A stretch of 64,000 nt of DNA, taken from contig OZ024741.1 of the NCBI GenBank assembly GCA_964016885.1, positions 390,662,001 through 390,726,000 of the forward strand, read 5' to 3'. The stretch comes from Eledone cirrhosa (Eukaryota). A program made the position numbers and the translations under genes. Below, one piece after another: positions 12,813 to 26,800 of the stretch. The number at the start of each line of letters is the position of its first letter. The stretch's first letter is position 1. The notes under the pieces are model-generated. The model ran no database searches. It worked only from the letters and a program-made list of their open reading frames with translations, and had not been told where the DNA came from.

Positions 12813-15444
12813 TGATGATATTGTCAGGATCTTACATAAACAGGCCATTGAAATATATATAGCGTTTTTGCAACAATAAAACTTTAATGGAACTTCACCA
12901 ATCCAGCCTCCTGTTATTTTAATTAAACTTATATTTAACTCCATTCCTGCACCACCCACAAAATTCAACAACGATGGATGAGTTGTGTAACATTAAGTGC
13001 TTTTGCTACTATTACATCATGGTTAACTATACGGAATGACCAGTTCTATCCAGTGGTGAACCACTAAACTTAAATGCGTGTGTGTATGTGAGAGAGAGAG
13101 AGTATGTGTGTGTGTATGTGAGTGTGTGTACCATAAGGAAATATTTTAAAAGTTTATCTTCAATATGATTGCATATATTTAAACTTCATCTCGAGCTTCT
13201 AATTTCTTTTCGAATAAAAAAAAAATTATTTTATTGTTTTATGTCTAATGAATCAATATGTTGTTACACTGATGGTTGTAATACCGCTTTAGCAAGCCAC
13301 ATATGCCAACAGCTTTCATAACAAACTATGCCAAGCAATAAAACAAACTGCCAAATATGTTTTGTGTTTTCCTAACTATCAATATCTATAATACAGCCCA
13401 TTCAAGTTTAACACAAGAAGGTTGTTACAAATCTTTTTGGTATTTCTGGATAGTTGGATGAGAAACTTTCAGGACTCCGAGTTATTTAGGAATTTTTTTT
13501 TTTTATTTAGTTTAATCAAGGAGGTAAGAGCAATGCTCATGACCCTTTTTAATTCCTGCAAGACTGATGAGAAGAGGAAGGTATCTTCAAACCAGAAACT
13601 TGCTTCAAATGCATGCAGCAGAGTGGAGTCATGTGCCAAAAGTAGAAACAATTATAATTTTGTATAGGAACCTTTCTTAAAATATGCTCCAAATAACACC
13701 TAAATAATGAGAGAATTGTATCTTTCCAAATTCATGATTATTTTCAAAATTATTTGAAAATCATAGGCAATGTCTTTCATTAGAAATATAGTAACAAAAG
13801 GGTTAAACTTCTGCAGGTTTTTAACTGATTCTGTGATGATAACCAGGTTGTCAGCATTTGTTTGACTGTAAGAAATAAATACATTGTATGGAAAAATTGA
13901 AATGAAATGAAATGTACAGCTCACACCTATGCAAGTTTAGGCTGACTTCATATGAAGCTGTATCCAAGAGGAGGTTTTCCAACTGTTTTAATAATATGGC
14001 TCTAGTCCTATATTGAAAAACAATGAAAAATACAGTATCTTTCTCAAGAACACAATGTCAAGGAATCAATCTCACAATCTTATTATCATGAATCAAATAT
14101 CCTAGCCACTAAACCATTTACCTTCACATATTACATGGTCAAACTTCGGATTTGTTTGGTGAATATTTATTCTCAATATTTTTTTTTTTTTTTTAGTCAA
14201 ATTGTATAGAATTCCTTTCAAATAGTCCCATGGTACAATGCTGCTACTAATTTTACCTTTGCAAATATTGAAATGGTACATAATCTAAATCCTGACAAGA
14301 AGCTCATTTGTTTGTTTGTTTTTTGGAGGGGTTTCCAAATTTTATCTCACATTTTGTGAACAATAACAAAACAACCTTCCAACAGGCCAATGTCAATTTT
14401 ACTGAATTTCTGAATGTGAAATTGATAAGATAGTGTCTGTGCAACTCAGATGGAATAAATACCAAAAGGTATTTTCATTTGAACATACCAGTTTATTGAT
14501 TTTCATACTGATGTGTACATCTTTCACCAATATACATTAGTGAATAACACACACACACACACGGTGGCAGTCAACAAACCACTTCTTAAATACAAACCCA
14601 AACTAGAGCAGCAACAGAGGAGACAGCCATGTGGTCATTGAAATAATTTCCACTGTTCCTGCCTATGCTACACCTTCCATGTACTTTCATGCATGAGCAA
14701 ACAATGGGAGTGGCAGTATTTCACCTTCACATATGTACATAATACTCTGACAATCACAATAAGACATTCACTGCCGGTTTGTGATTCTAAGAAGTTATTA
14801 TGCATGAAATTAATTATAATGAATGAAGTGTACATAGAGCTACATTCACTTTTCAAGCATAACAGCTTTTCTACTGGGAAACCAACATTGTTTGGTATGA
14901 CCAGAAACAAAACGCTTCCTCAGTTTTAACAGCAGAAAGTCCGTCTCCTAGATGGAAGTTCTGACAAGAACTACCAAAAGTCTGTCACTCCACAGTGGCT
15001 TTACAGAGTACTCTTTTACTATCTCAAGTATTTCTATGTCTTTGCAAATTATTGCTACATAGTTATTGACCCTATGTCAGATGCATCTGTTCTTTTTCAC
15101 AGGTCTTGTTTTTTGTGATGCTAGGTTTCTAGCAACTTTCTTCACCAGGCTAGCTTGGTTAGGGTGTTTATTTAGGAGCCAATAGCACCCCAAACAACCT
15201 GTGTGTGTGTGTGTGTCTGTAGATACATACTCAACAGGTGACCATGCAGTTTCCATCTATTAAATTTCACTCAAAAGGTGTTTGCCAAGCTAAACATGTG
15301 GTATAAAAGTAATTTGCCCATGGTGTAAGTGAGATCAAATCCAGAAGCACATTGTTGTGAAGTAAACTTTCTAATAATATGGACACATCTGTTTCCGTTA
15401 TCATTTTCACAATCAATTACAAACTAATATAATAATTATATTCT

Positions 15445-15644
15445 ATCCTTTTGATACCAACCACCTGAAACTGTCCCTGGATCTATGATTTGAAACTATT
15501 TATGTTAAAGTGATCATAATTTTATGTAAGAATCTTTGATTACAAACACCAGATAAATGAGAAAGTTAGTTATATTACTAAACCCTCCAAATTCTAAATT
15601 ATTAGGTAGTGTTTTCATTAGAAATATGGCAATGAAGGGGTTAA
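15445..15644. mobile_element. TTAA MITE family 1 copy
   Basis: ccttttgataccaacc...atggcaatgaaggggTTAA. Confidence 0.65.
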
Positions 15645-16215
15645 GTAAATCAAATGCAAATAAGATATTTTTCTCCTCTCTCATCTTAATGGTTACTCAA
15701 ATTTCCTGTAATCTAATAATCCAAGATTTTCTTTTAATTGGTCATTAATCAAAAAGCAATAATTTTGTAAATCTTTTTAGCAAGTTTAGCCACCAACCAA
15801 AAACAAAATTGGTAACTGGATCCTTGTAACCGATTAAAGATACTATATTTCAGCATACAAAACAGAGTGAACAGATAAATTAGTTATTTGCATAATGCTA
15901 ATGAGATATCTAACACTGATAAGCAATGAAACAATTTTTTTGTCTCAACAGTTTTCTAAAATAGAAAATCATTTATATTAATATAAATTGTTTAAATCTA
16001 TAGACTGCACAAGAATCTATGCATCAGAATCATATTATAAGATTTTATATTCACTATAATATTCAACGGTCTGCCCTTAATTTTTCTCAACAGGAGAATA
16101 AAACAATGACAAACATAATGAGCAATCAAATGGTTACCTACAAAAAACAATATATTGAGAACAGCTATGGAAGTTATCTTAACTATAAGCATATGAAGGC
16201 CATCAACCAATTAAG

Positions 16216-16437
16216 AATGACTGAGTCTCAGATTCATAGACACATTCAAACATATTCTATCCTTGAGCTAAACATTTCTCTGCTTCTCTTAACCCTTTTG
16301 AAAATTGGTGGTTTTGTTTCATAGAACCACTCCAGTTTGGCTGGGTTGGTATCAAAAGGGTTAAGAGAAGTAGAGAAATGTTTAACTCAAGGATAGAATA
16401 TGTTTGAATGTGTCTATGAATCTGAGACTCAGCCATT
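16216..16437. repeat. Long inverted repeat (86-bp arms, 50-nt spacer)
   Basis: 16216-16301 is the reverse complement of 16352-16437 with 3 mismatches. The inner ends are the MITE TIR ttaacccttttga. Confidence 0.93.
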
Positions 16438-17599
16438 TTCGCAGTAAAGGCTTTATCTCACATAATATGAAATCTATGAGATTTTAATATTTATTTTGAG
16501 AACAATACATCAGTGTGAGTGGCAAGTTAGACTAGTTTGAAAAGAAAGAGCTGAGAGAATTCTGGTCAGATACCGCTGATTTAAATGCTAAAGGCTTAAA
16601 GAGTTCCTATTTAAACTGAAATCTTTAAACATAATTTTACTGTATGCTAAATCTTAATAATGGAATAAGATAACCTAGATAAAATGTAGAGAATAGTTTA
16701 AAGAAAAACAGGTGTTCAAAATCTACAAAATCCAAATGTGAATATTTTCCTCTTAATGCATATTAGAATGGCTAGTTATTTAAAGAATTAATTAGATGAC
16801 TACTTCTTAATGTTTTGTCTTGCATGAAACCACATTAGCAAGACATTCTTAAAAAGTACAAAACAGTACTCTGACAGTATCACATTAAAAACGAAAGTCT
16901 TTACTCCAACACAGCAAATTTTCACAAAGATCTGTACACCAGTAAAAATACTACCAACATTTGAATTAATAAACCTGTTTTTAGATTTTTTTGCTAAATC
17001 ATTACAGGATGTTAAGAGCTACAACACTTAATCATCTGTGTGATTAAGATTATATAAGTTTCCGTGCTAAATTATTTGTATCCACTTTATATTTTAGCTT
17101 CAGTCTTTGACCTGCATTTAAATTTTTTTGGAATGCTGACATAATTGCAATCTTTGCTAATACAGTCTAGAAAAGTCCTGGAATCATAGATATCATAGCA
17201 ATATGTTTCTTTGATCTCTGTCTGGAACAAAACATATTAACCGATACTTTTAAGCCCTCATTCCTGATTGACTAATAATATATGCAACATTGGTTATTAG
17301 GATTACAGTCAGCCAATAGAGAACTGTGCATATATCTTTTGCGCATGTGGAAAGCATGTATATATGAATTTATGAAACTGCCTATCATCACAAGCACATT
17401 TGTTTTATAGAATAGTATTTTATTAAAGCAGTTGTTTCACATGCAATATCATCAATGTATATTTGTCTACACATTTGCCAATGTGTTTGTGTGTGTGTGT
17501 GTGTGATTACAACCCCAGAGTAAAGCTTAGTAGATAAGCATGCAGATTTCACAGGTGTTTTCTGTTTGTTTTTTAGTAAAAAAAAACAGAGATCAGAGA

Positions 17600-17875
17600 G
17601 TTGCTACAGGTGGAGCTGCTACTTCTCTGAATTGAGAGTTCACAGCTCCAATACTATGGGCATGAGGTTAGAATGTCTCAGGAAAGAATTGCTGGACAGA
17701 TTTTACAGGTAAAACCAACAAGCAGAGGACCCAAGGTTGACCCCAAGTGAGATGGTTGGATAAAATCAATGACCTCAGCTAGTCTTGCTTGGGGATCCAG
17801 CTGGAAATAGTTATAACAGAACCCGCTGGAAGGAGTGTTTGAGGACCCTGCCCCCTTGAGCCTCTCAGAAATAAG
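17600..17875 (+). mobile_element. Old RTE-clade 3' remnant (different family)
   Basis: Translation LLLL*IESSQLQYYGHEVRMSQERIA...RWLDKINDLS matches the RTE C-terminus. Confidence 0.6.
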
Positions 17876-18781
17876 TCGTTTTGACGAGTTCCACCCACTT
17901 GATTAGTGAATGAGGTCCGGGATCATGTCGATCGATTCCTTATTTTTATTTTCCTAAGCCTCTCGAATAAAAACAGACAAAAGAATTTTAGCATTCAGAT
18001 GAGAGGGAAGAAAATATAAGTGACAGATAACTTTATCACAAAAGAAACAAGTAAATCTGAGGGTAACATAACGTGTATAGGCTAAATTTGCTCATCTTCA
18101 TCTATCGCTAACAATTGTCTAATGTAAAAGAATAGTTCTTTATGTTGAGAATTTGGTGGTGTGTGAAATAACTTTACTTTAAAATCTGGGAAAAGAGTCA
18201 TTTTTTATTCCTATTTTTTAATCATAAATTAATGTAAAATCTATCACCTGCACTCTCTCTCCCCTAACAAAAGACTGTAATGGATCTGATTCCCTTCATC
18301 AAAACACATTTAGTGTTATATTGGCTAGAATATCTGATCATAAATTTACTTGATCAGAGCTAATCTAGAGTTATACAATAACTACTCACTAAACTATACA
18401 GCACCAGACAATGTTGAAAGCCTTATCTAGGTCAGCAAATGAATATGAGATGGTTGTTTCTTGTTTATAAACTATCCTTGTAGCTAACTCAGTAGAAACA
18501 CACCATTATGGTTCTACATCCTTCATATTATCTATCAACCCTAACTATTTTGAGGTTGGTTCAATGGGACTCTTTTCCTACTTACATAACTTGCTCTATC
18601 AACTATAATTTCCCTCTGAGGTCATCTCTTTACATGTGTAACAGTAGGTGATGATGACAGCATATACTAGTGACTATTGACAACATTTTGCACAACCTAA
18701 TTAACTAAGTGACTAGTGTCATTTTTTTATGACAGGAAAATTCTTCTTCATTCTATTTTGACTTTTATTTGAGGTGACCAT

Positions 18782-19328
18782 TCTCATAAGAACATTGACC
18801 TCCTGGAAACTGTTCAGAGACGTGCAACCAAGCGCATACCCTCCATCAGACACCTACCACTGAACACCTTGCTTTCCAGGGCATGGATTCATTGAAGCTC
18901 CGACGTCTGGCAATAGACTTGGTAAACACCCACAAAGTTATTAACCATCTCGCCAACAACAACCCTGAGCACCTTTTTGATCTCCATATGTCTAACACAC
19001 ATGGACATGCCTATAAAATCAGAAAACAGCACAACTCCCATGACTTTCGGAAACATTTTTTCACGCTTAGAGTTGCTGAAGCATGGAACAAACTGCCTGC
19101 GTCAGTTGTTAGCTGCCGAGACACTGCTTCCTTTAAAACCCTCATGCTTCCCGAAATTCGCCAAAACTACGCCTGATGTACCCCTTCCATACACATGCAC
19201 ACGTGTATATCATGACTCATGCACTGTTAATTTTCCTGACGTTTGTACATTACCCTATGTACTATACATACACTTTTTGATGAGTTGTAGAGCACCTGAG
19301 CACTGTACAAATATTTTCATTATTATAG
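18782..19328 (+). mobile_element. CR1-clade LINE 3' fragment
   Basis: IDLLETVQRRATKRIP...LKLRRL...DL...HGHAYKI...RKHFFTLRVAEAWNKLP, then a 3' UTR ending (ATT)n. Confidence 0.85.
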
Positions 19329-19578
19329 ACACATCACTTTCTTTTCAGCATAAGGAACTACGTCTCTTCTGGGTGCATTCTTAGAAGAAGAGAGAAGTAT
19401 ATAAGGGATGGAGAAGCAGTTTAGTCACATAAGCAGCCAACAAATGAAATTATTTTGCAAGAGCAAAAAAAAAAAAACCAGACGGTTACCAAAGCACTCC
19501 CAAAATTGATACTCTCTCATGCATGATAATTAAGAAATTACATAGCAATTAACAGAATTTAAAAAAAAAAAGAGTAAA

Positions 19579-20572
19579 ATCATCATCATTTTACGTCCGC
19601 TTTTCCCTGCTTGCAAGGGTGGGACGGGTCTTATTTAGCACAGCATCTCTCCACTTGTCAAGGCCTTCTCTAGGTCAACAAAGGCTAAGTATAGTGTCTT
19701 ATTTTTCTCTAAGAACCTCTCTTATAATTGTCTCACCAAGAAGAGGGCATCTGTTGTACTCTTCCCAAGCACAAAACCAAACTGCATCTCACCTAGTTTG
19801 ACCCTTTCTCTAATTAGTTGTGCTAATATCCTTTCTGCCACTTTCATAACCTGATCCATCAGTTTTATACCCCTATAATTGCTCCTCTCCAGAGCATCCT
19901 CTTTACCTTTGTAGCAATTTATGAGAATACTGCTGCACCAGTCTTTGGGTATGACACCACCATAAATAGCCTGATTGATGATGCGTGCAACCAGTTTAGT
20001 GCCTACGTCCCCTGATGCCTTCAGCATCTCAGCAACTATCCGCGATGGTCCAGCAGCCTAACCATTTTTCATTTCCTTAATCGCCTCTTGGACCCTATAT
20101 TCGTCAATCTCAATAGCTGGTCCCCCTGTCGGATCTACTGAGGGTAATTTCTCTCTCTCCCATTCGTTCTCCACATTCATCAGTCTCTCATAATGACATT
20201 TCCAGGCCTCCTTTTTCTAATCATTTGTGACACTAAGTACACCAGCATCATTCCGGACACATTTATCTCCAACAACATCCTGATTTGCATTGACACACTG
20301 CCTTGCAATGTGGAACACCGCACGCCTCTGATCTTCCCATCGCAGAACATTGGCAAACCCCCTACTCTCAGCCTCCCTGCGTGCTAAGTACACCTGACGT
20401 CTAGCTTCTCTCTTAGTGGCTGTATATCCTTCTCTACGCCCACCCTTTTTCCAAACCTTCCATGTTAGTCTTTTGTCTCTAATGGCCTTATCTACTGTGC
20501 TGTTCCACCACCAGGTTACTCTCTGTCTGGTTGGAGCTTTGCCCCAGCCACAAGTTTCATCAGTAGCCTGCA
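19579..20572 (-). mobile_element. RTE subfamily B, 5'-truncated, with ~1.16 kb internal deletion
   Basis: Very similar to 47871-49945. The 3' terminus is fused at ~19660 to the AFVDLEKA codons. Confidence 0.92.
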
Positions 20573-20599
20573 GAAACACAGATATATACATATATAGTG

Positions 20600-21045
20600 T
20601 TCAGTAAGGGACAAGATTCGTTAAGTTATGATACCATGTGTGTTATTGTATGCACACTATCCAGTTTTCTAATATATTTAGAAGTGAGGAGCTTACTAAT
20701 TTTCACACACTGATGAGCAAGAATTGGTAATCCTCTTCACAATTAATTTGCGAAACAGCATAGCCAAACGCTGTATGGGTGATTGGTAGTTACCATAATT
20801 CCGGTTTGTATTTATTTTCTTGATTTACTCTTAAATTGAGTCAAGCAAACCCTATTGTCCATAGTTAGTATTTTTTTCACCTTAGCGAATCTGGTCCCTT
20901 ATGATTTGAACACATATATGTATATATCTGTGTTTCTCTCTCTTTTATATTCAATTATGATATACGGCTCGGAAAAATCTCTTTCCTAGAGCTGTTTTAT
21001 TGTAAGAGACTATTTTTAGTTTCTAACTCAATATATACCTTTGAT
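20600..21045 (+). mobile_element. Small non-coding hammerhead-containing element (family H1; retrozyme or Penelope pLTR-like)
   Basis: Flanked by (TA)n and homologous along its length to 58272-58982. Contains a hammerhead at 20703-20782. Confidence 0.75.
20703..20782 (+). ncRNA. Type I hammerhead ribozyme (GUA site)
   Basis: Stem I tcacaca/tgggtga (1 mismatch); CUGAUGA 20710-20716; stem II gcaagaattg/caattaatttgc; GAAA 20752-20755; stem III cagc/gctg; UA, with predicted cleavage after 20775. Confidence 0.85.
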
Positions 21046-21394
21046 ATATATATGATGGAGATAGTGAGAAAAAAGCATGAAAGAGAGAAGAGACTTAGCT
21101 ATATGTTTCACTTGGAGGTCCCAAGACAAATGGAATAGTTTCAAAATCAGTGTTTATCTACAGAAAGTATCTGAAACTTTTTATTTGAAATAGTATATAT
21201 ATATATATATATTACGGGTGGAGTCTTGATGGAGATCAGTTTAAAAAAGTACTTCATACATTGATAGAGTATAGGCATATTTATTTTACATAGAAATGAA
21301 TGCTACAGGACTAGAACTGTTTCATTTATATGATTTAATATAAAATAAATATATATATAGAGATATATATATATATATATTACACCCGATTAAG

Positions 21395-21915
21395 AAAATT
21401 ATTGTCATCTGAAATCTTTGCAGACAATAAAACAGTGGCTCACAATATGTTTGCTGTGCCTAACACCAACATTTGGAATACTCAATCGGACAATAGATGA
21501 AATACGAGGTATTGATGTTAAAACACGAAAAATCCTAAACACCGGAAATTTCCACATCAATAATGACATAGATTGCCTCTACCTAAAACGTAAGCAGAGA
21601 GGCAGAGGCCTCACATCAGTCCAGACAGCATTTGAGTGTCGCATCATATCCCTCCGACAACACCTACGAACCTTCAAGCGTAGGAACCCATCTACTGAGC
21701 AAATCTGTCTACATGGGAAAGATAAGATCATGAGATTTAGAAAGCAGCTCCTTGAGAAATAGTCCCTGCATGATAATGAAAAACTCACACCCAGGGAAAT
21801 TACCCAGCAATACCACAGTGAATTCATGGATGAAAAGCGGTATACTTATCAGCATAAAATCATGCGTGAATATGTTGCCAGGAAGCTCCAAAGTGACAGT
21901 AATATAGATAAGCAA
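21395..21915 (+). mobile_element. R4/Dong-like (RLE) LINE internal fragment
   Basis: NMFAVP, TPTFGIL, IDVKTRKIL, FH...DIDCLYLKRKQRGRGL, IDK: typical R4-clade post-RT region. Preceded by (TA)n. Confidence 0.7.
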
Positions 21916-21975
21916 GATGTGTATGGCGAAAAAGAAGACGATTTAGAGTCGTATGACATAGATGATAGCAGGAAT

Positions 21976-23825
21976 TGCAGGCTACTGAAAAAACTTGTGG
22001 CTAGAGCAGAGCTCCAACCAGACAGAGAGTGACCTGGTGGTGGAACAGCATGGTAGATAGGGCCATTAGAGACAAAAGACTAGCATGGAATTATTGGGAA
22101 AATGGTGGGAGTAGAGAAGGATATACAGCAGCTAAGAGAGAAGCTAGACATCAGGTGTACTTAGCACGTAGGGAGGCTGAGAGTAGGAGATTTGCCAATG
22201 TTCTGCGACGGGAAGATCAGAGACGTGCGGTGTTCCGCATTGCAAGGCAGTGTGTCAGTGCAAATCAGGATGTTGTTGGAGATAAATGTGTCCAGAATGA
22301 TGCTGGTGTACTTAGTGTCACGAATGATCAGAAAAAGGAGGCCTGGAAATGTCATAACGAGAGACTGATGAATGTGGAAAACGAATGGGAGAGGGGTATA
22401 AAACTGAGGGATCAGGTCATGAAAGTGGCAGAAAGGATATTAGCGCAACTAATTAGAGAAAGGGTCAAACTAGATGAGTTTGGTTTTGTGCCTGGGAAAA
22501 ATTACAACGGATGCCCTCTTCTTAGTGAGGCAATTACAAGAGAGGTTCTTAGAGAAGAATAAGCCACTATACTTAGCTTTGTTGACCTAGAGAAGGCCTT
22601 TGATAGGGTACCCCGATCTGTCATCTGGTGGTCCCTAAGGAAGCTGGGTGTTGAGGAATGGTTTGTGAGGACAGTGCAAGCTTTGTACAGAAGTGCTGTC
22701 AGTAAAGTGAGGGTAGGAATGGAGTTTAGTGAGGAATTCCAGATACAAGTAGGAGTACATCAGGGTTCGGTCCTCAGCCCGCTCTTGTTCATTATAGTCC
22801 TCCAAGACATAACAGAGGAGTTTAAGACTGGCTGTCCATGGGAACTCATCTAGGCTAACGACCTGGTTCTTATAGCAGAATCAGTAGAGGAGCTGGAGAA
22901 TAGATTCTGGCTATGGAAACAGCAGTTGGAATCAAGGGGACTGAGAGTGAACCTAGCTAAGACAAAAGTGTTGATAAGTAGAAAAGAAGACAAAACTCTG
23001 ATTCCGTCAGGGAAATGGCCATGTTCGATATGCAGAAAAGGAACTGGCATAAATTCTATAAAATGTACACAATGCAGATCTTGGGTACACAAGAGATGTG
23101 GGATAGCAGGCAAACTAACAGGTAGGGAGAAATACGTATGCAGTAGATGTACAGGGAAATTTGACAGTAAAAGTCGCAGTGATAGACACATTTTTCAAAT
23201 GCAGGAGGGCGCTATAGAAGTGGTGGATAGCTTCCGGTACCTAGGAGATCAGATTAGCATGGGAGGAGGGTGTTCCAAGGCCATAGTATCTAGAATAAGG
23301 ACGGGTTGGAAGAAGTTTAGGGAGCTGCTTCCTCCGCTGACGAAGAAGGGTTTCTCTCTGCGTACGAAAAGCTGGTTATATAATGCCGGTGTGGGGTGCG
23401 CGATGCTGAATGGTAGTCAGACATGGGCAGCAACTGCAGAGAATATGCGACGGCTGGAGAGAAATGAGGCAAGCATGCTCCGTTGGATGTGCACTGTCAA
23501 TGTGCGTGAACGGCCGAGCATGGATGTGTTAAGAGAGAAACTGTGTCTGAGAGGGATAAAACTGTGTCTGCAATGGTATGGACATGTGATGCGCATGGAG
23601 GATGACCGATGGGTGAAGAAGTGCCAAGAAATGTCAGTTGAAAGTAGACGTAGTAGAGGAAGACCACGAAAAATATGGGCGGAGGTGGTGAGATCAGACC
23701 TCAGATCGCTGAAACTCACGGTGGAGATGACAAAGGACCGTCACTAGTGGAGAGATGCTGTGCTGAATAGGACCCGTCCCACCCTTGCAAGCAGGGAAGA
23801 AAAGCGGACGTAAAATGATGATGAT
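21976..23825 (+). mobile_element. RTE subfamily B, 5'-truncated, ~300 bp internal deletion, frameshifted
   Basis: TWWWN...NEWER|GIKL deletion junction at ~22392, HQGSVLSP, PHD, FRYLG, (GAT)n tail. Confidence 0.92.
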
Positions 23826-23883
23826 ATATATATATATATATATATAGATATATATATATATCTATATATATATACACACACAT

Positions 23884-26800
23884 AGCATGAGTTAGACAGG
23901 TTGTCCTGCTGTGGGCAGTGTCCGGTCGATGGACCTTCTCTTGCTCATACGAGAACTGATTCTGGCGTGATTTCTACAGCTGGATGCCCTTTCTAACACC
24001 AACCTCATTTACAGTGAGTGCTAGGAGCTTTTTTTCCGTGGCGCTTATACGTCCACTTTAGTGTGTGGGCTGGGTGCTTTTTTGCCGTGGGATCTACACG
24101 ACCACTTTGGAGTGGGAGGGGGTGGGGCATATTGTCTATATGCTTCAGCTTCAGCTTGTACCTGTGGAAAGTCGGGTCTTCTGTATTACTGCGCGACACC
24201 AGAGGTCACGTTCGTGTGACATCGCCCGTGAGAGGTGCAATTAGGTAAGGTTGGCTTTTATCACCTCATCCCAGATCCTCTTGGGTCTTCCCACACCGCG
24301 GCTTCCATCGACTTTTAGTGCTCTGCACCTGTTTATGCAGCTGTCTTCCTTCCTATGCATCCATGTTCATACCAACGCATCCTCCTCTCCTGCATACACC
24401 ATTTGATTCCTATTATGCTCAGTCTCTCTCTCAATTCATTTATGCTTTGCCGTACACGTATATTACTATTACACATCCATCAGAGCAGGCAAGCTTCATT
24501 TCTTTCTAATCTACCCAAGTCTTCTACAGACAGCGCCCAGGTACACTACCATGTAACATTGCTGTTCGTATACACACATCATACAGTCTGCCTTTCATTT
24601 TGAGGGAAAAGTCTTTTGCAGCTAGCAGTGGTAGTAGCTTCCTGAACTTCTTCCATCCCGTTCTTACCCTGGCTACTGTACTTTCCGAACACCCATCTTC
24701 ACTGCTAATTTGGTCACTTAGGTAGCAAAAGCTGTCTACTGTTTCTACAGTGCCCTCCTAGAGTTTGGTGGTGCTTGTTTCCTGTGGCCGATTGTTGCTT
24801 GATGTCCCAGCGCAGCTGCTACATGTGAAGCCTACATTCTTAGTTAAGCTTCCTGAGATCCCACTACATCTCTGGTGTACCCATTGCTTGCATTTGGGGC
24901 AGAGGATGGAGTTCCTACCTACGCCTTTCCTACATACTGAGCAAGGCCATTTCCCTGGGTGGATCTGGGTTGTTTTCTCGTCTACTTATGAGGACCTTAG
25001 TCTTTGTCAGGTTGATTTTGAGACCCTTTCTTTCTAGTCCCTGCTCCCATGTTTGGAATTTTTTCTATAGTTCCACCATAGATTCAGCTATAAGTGCGAG
25101 ATCATCCGCATATAGGAGTTCCCATGGGCATCCGGTCTTAAACTCCTCTGTTATTGCCTGCAAAACTATAATGAACAGGAGAGGGCTCAGAACAGAGCCC
25201 TGGTGGACACCGAACTGTATGCTAAATTCCTCGCTATAGTCATTGTTAACCCTAACTTTACTGACTGTTCCTCTATACATGGCTTGAACAGCTTTCACAA
25301 GCCATTCATCTACTCCTAGTTTTCTAAGAGCCCACCAGATTATAGCGCGAGGCACTCTGTCGAAGGCTTTTTCCAGATCGACAAATGCCAGGTAGAGCAG
25401 CTTACTTTTCCTGTAACTGCCTCACAAGGAAGAGGGCATCAGTGGCGCCTTTTCCTGGTACAAACTCAAATTGCATCTTATCTAGTTTTACCCGGTCCCT
25501 AATCAACTGTGCTATAAGCCTCTCTGTTACTTTCATGACCTGGTCCATCAGCTTTATACCTCTATAGTTTCCTCTATCTAGTGCATCACCTTTACTCTTG
25601 TAGCAGTTGACAATGATGTTGTTGCACCAATCCTTTGGTATGACACCCTCTAGTATTACCTTGTTAATAATACATGTGGTTCTGGTGTGACCTACCGACC
25701 CAGATGCCTTCAGCATCTCGGCAGCTATACCCGATGGACCGGTTGCCTTCTCAGTCCTCATATCTTTGATTCCCTTACTTACTACGTACTGCTCGCCCCT
25801 CTATAGGCTCCACTTGGGGTAGGGTCTCTTTTTCCCATGCATTCTCCTCCTTTAGTAATCTTTCATAATGGCTCTTCCATGCATCTTTCTTCTCAGCACT
25901 TGTGAGGGCAAGCTCACCTTTATCATTCCGGATACACTTCCCTCCAATGACATCACAATTCTCTCTGACACACTGCCTCGCTATCTTGAACACCTCCTGT
26001 TTCTGGTCCTCACATTGCAAAACATGCTTGAATTTACTATCCTCCGCTTCCCTTCTAGCTAAGTATACTTGTCGCCTAGATTCCCTCCTGGTCTCTATGT
26101 AATGTGCCCTACTTTCCCCGTTCTTCCATTCTTTCCATGCCTGTCTCTTAGCCTTAAGTGCCTCACCTACCTTATTGTTCCACCACCAAGTCACTCTCCT
26201 CCTCCCTGTGGTCTTGTTCCAACCACAGATCTCATCTGTTGCCTTTAGAAAGTTATTTTTTAGGAACTCCCAGTGCTCTTCTACATTGAATGTCTCTATC
26301 TGTTCTTTACTATCATAGGCGTCAAGTAAAATATCTTTAAATCTGTTACTGGCTGAGGGGTCTTTCAGCTTCCACATCTTTCTTCTCCAGGTTGCCTTCT
26401 GTTTCCAAGTTCGTCTAGTTTTGACAGTGAGGTCGCTGACAACTAAGTTACGTTGGGAGGTACATTCCTCACCATGGAAGGCTTTTGTGTTTACAACCGT
26501 CCATCTATCGCGTCCTCTGATGAGGATAAAATCTATCTGACTAGAATGCTCCTCTGATTTATAGGTGATCAGATGGTTGTCTGGTTTTTTTAAGTTTATG
26601 TTACATATCGACATGTCATTGGCGTCGCAGAATTATAGAAGCCTGAAGGCTTCTTCATTTCTTGTGCCAACCCCATGGCCTCCATGGACTCTATAGAAGC
26701 CGTCACGGTGTTTACCAACATGACCGTTAAAATCTCCTGCAATGATTAGGTAGTCATTGTCGTTTGTTAGGGCAGTAGTGTGCATTAAGGGACTTGTAAA

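Noticed and set aside
13555-13610. CTGATGA-gaaga...tcttc-AAAC hammerhead-like motif
   Set aside because: Lacks GAAA and a valid stem III/UH; at best a very decayed relic.
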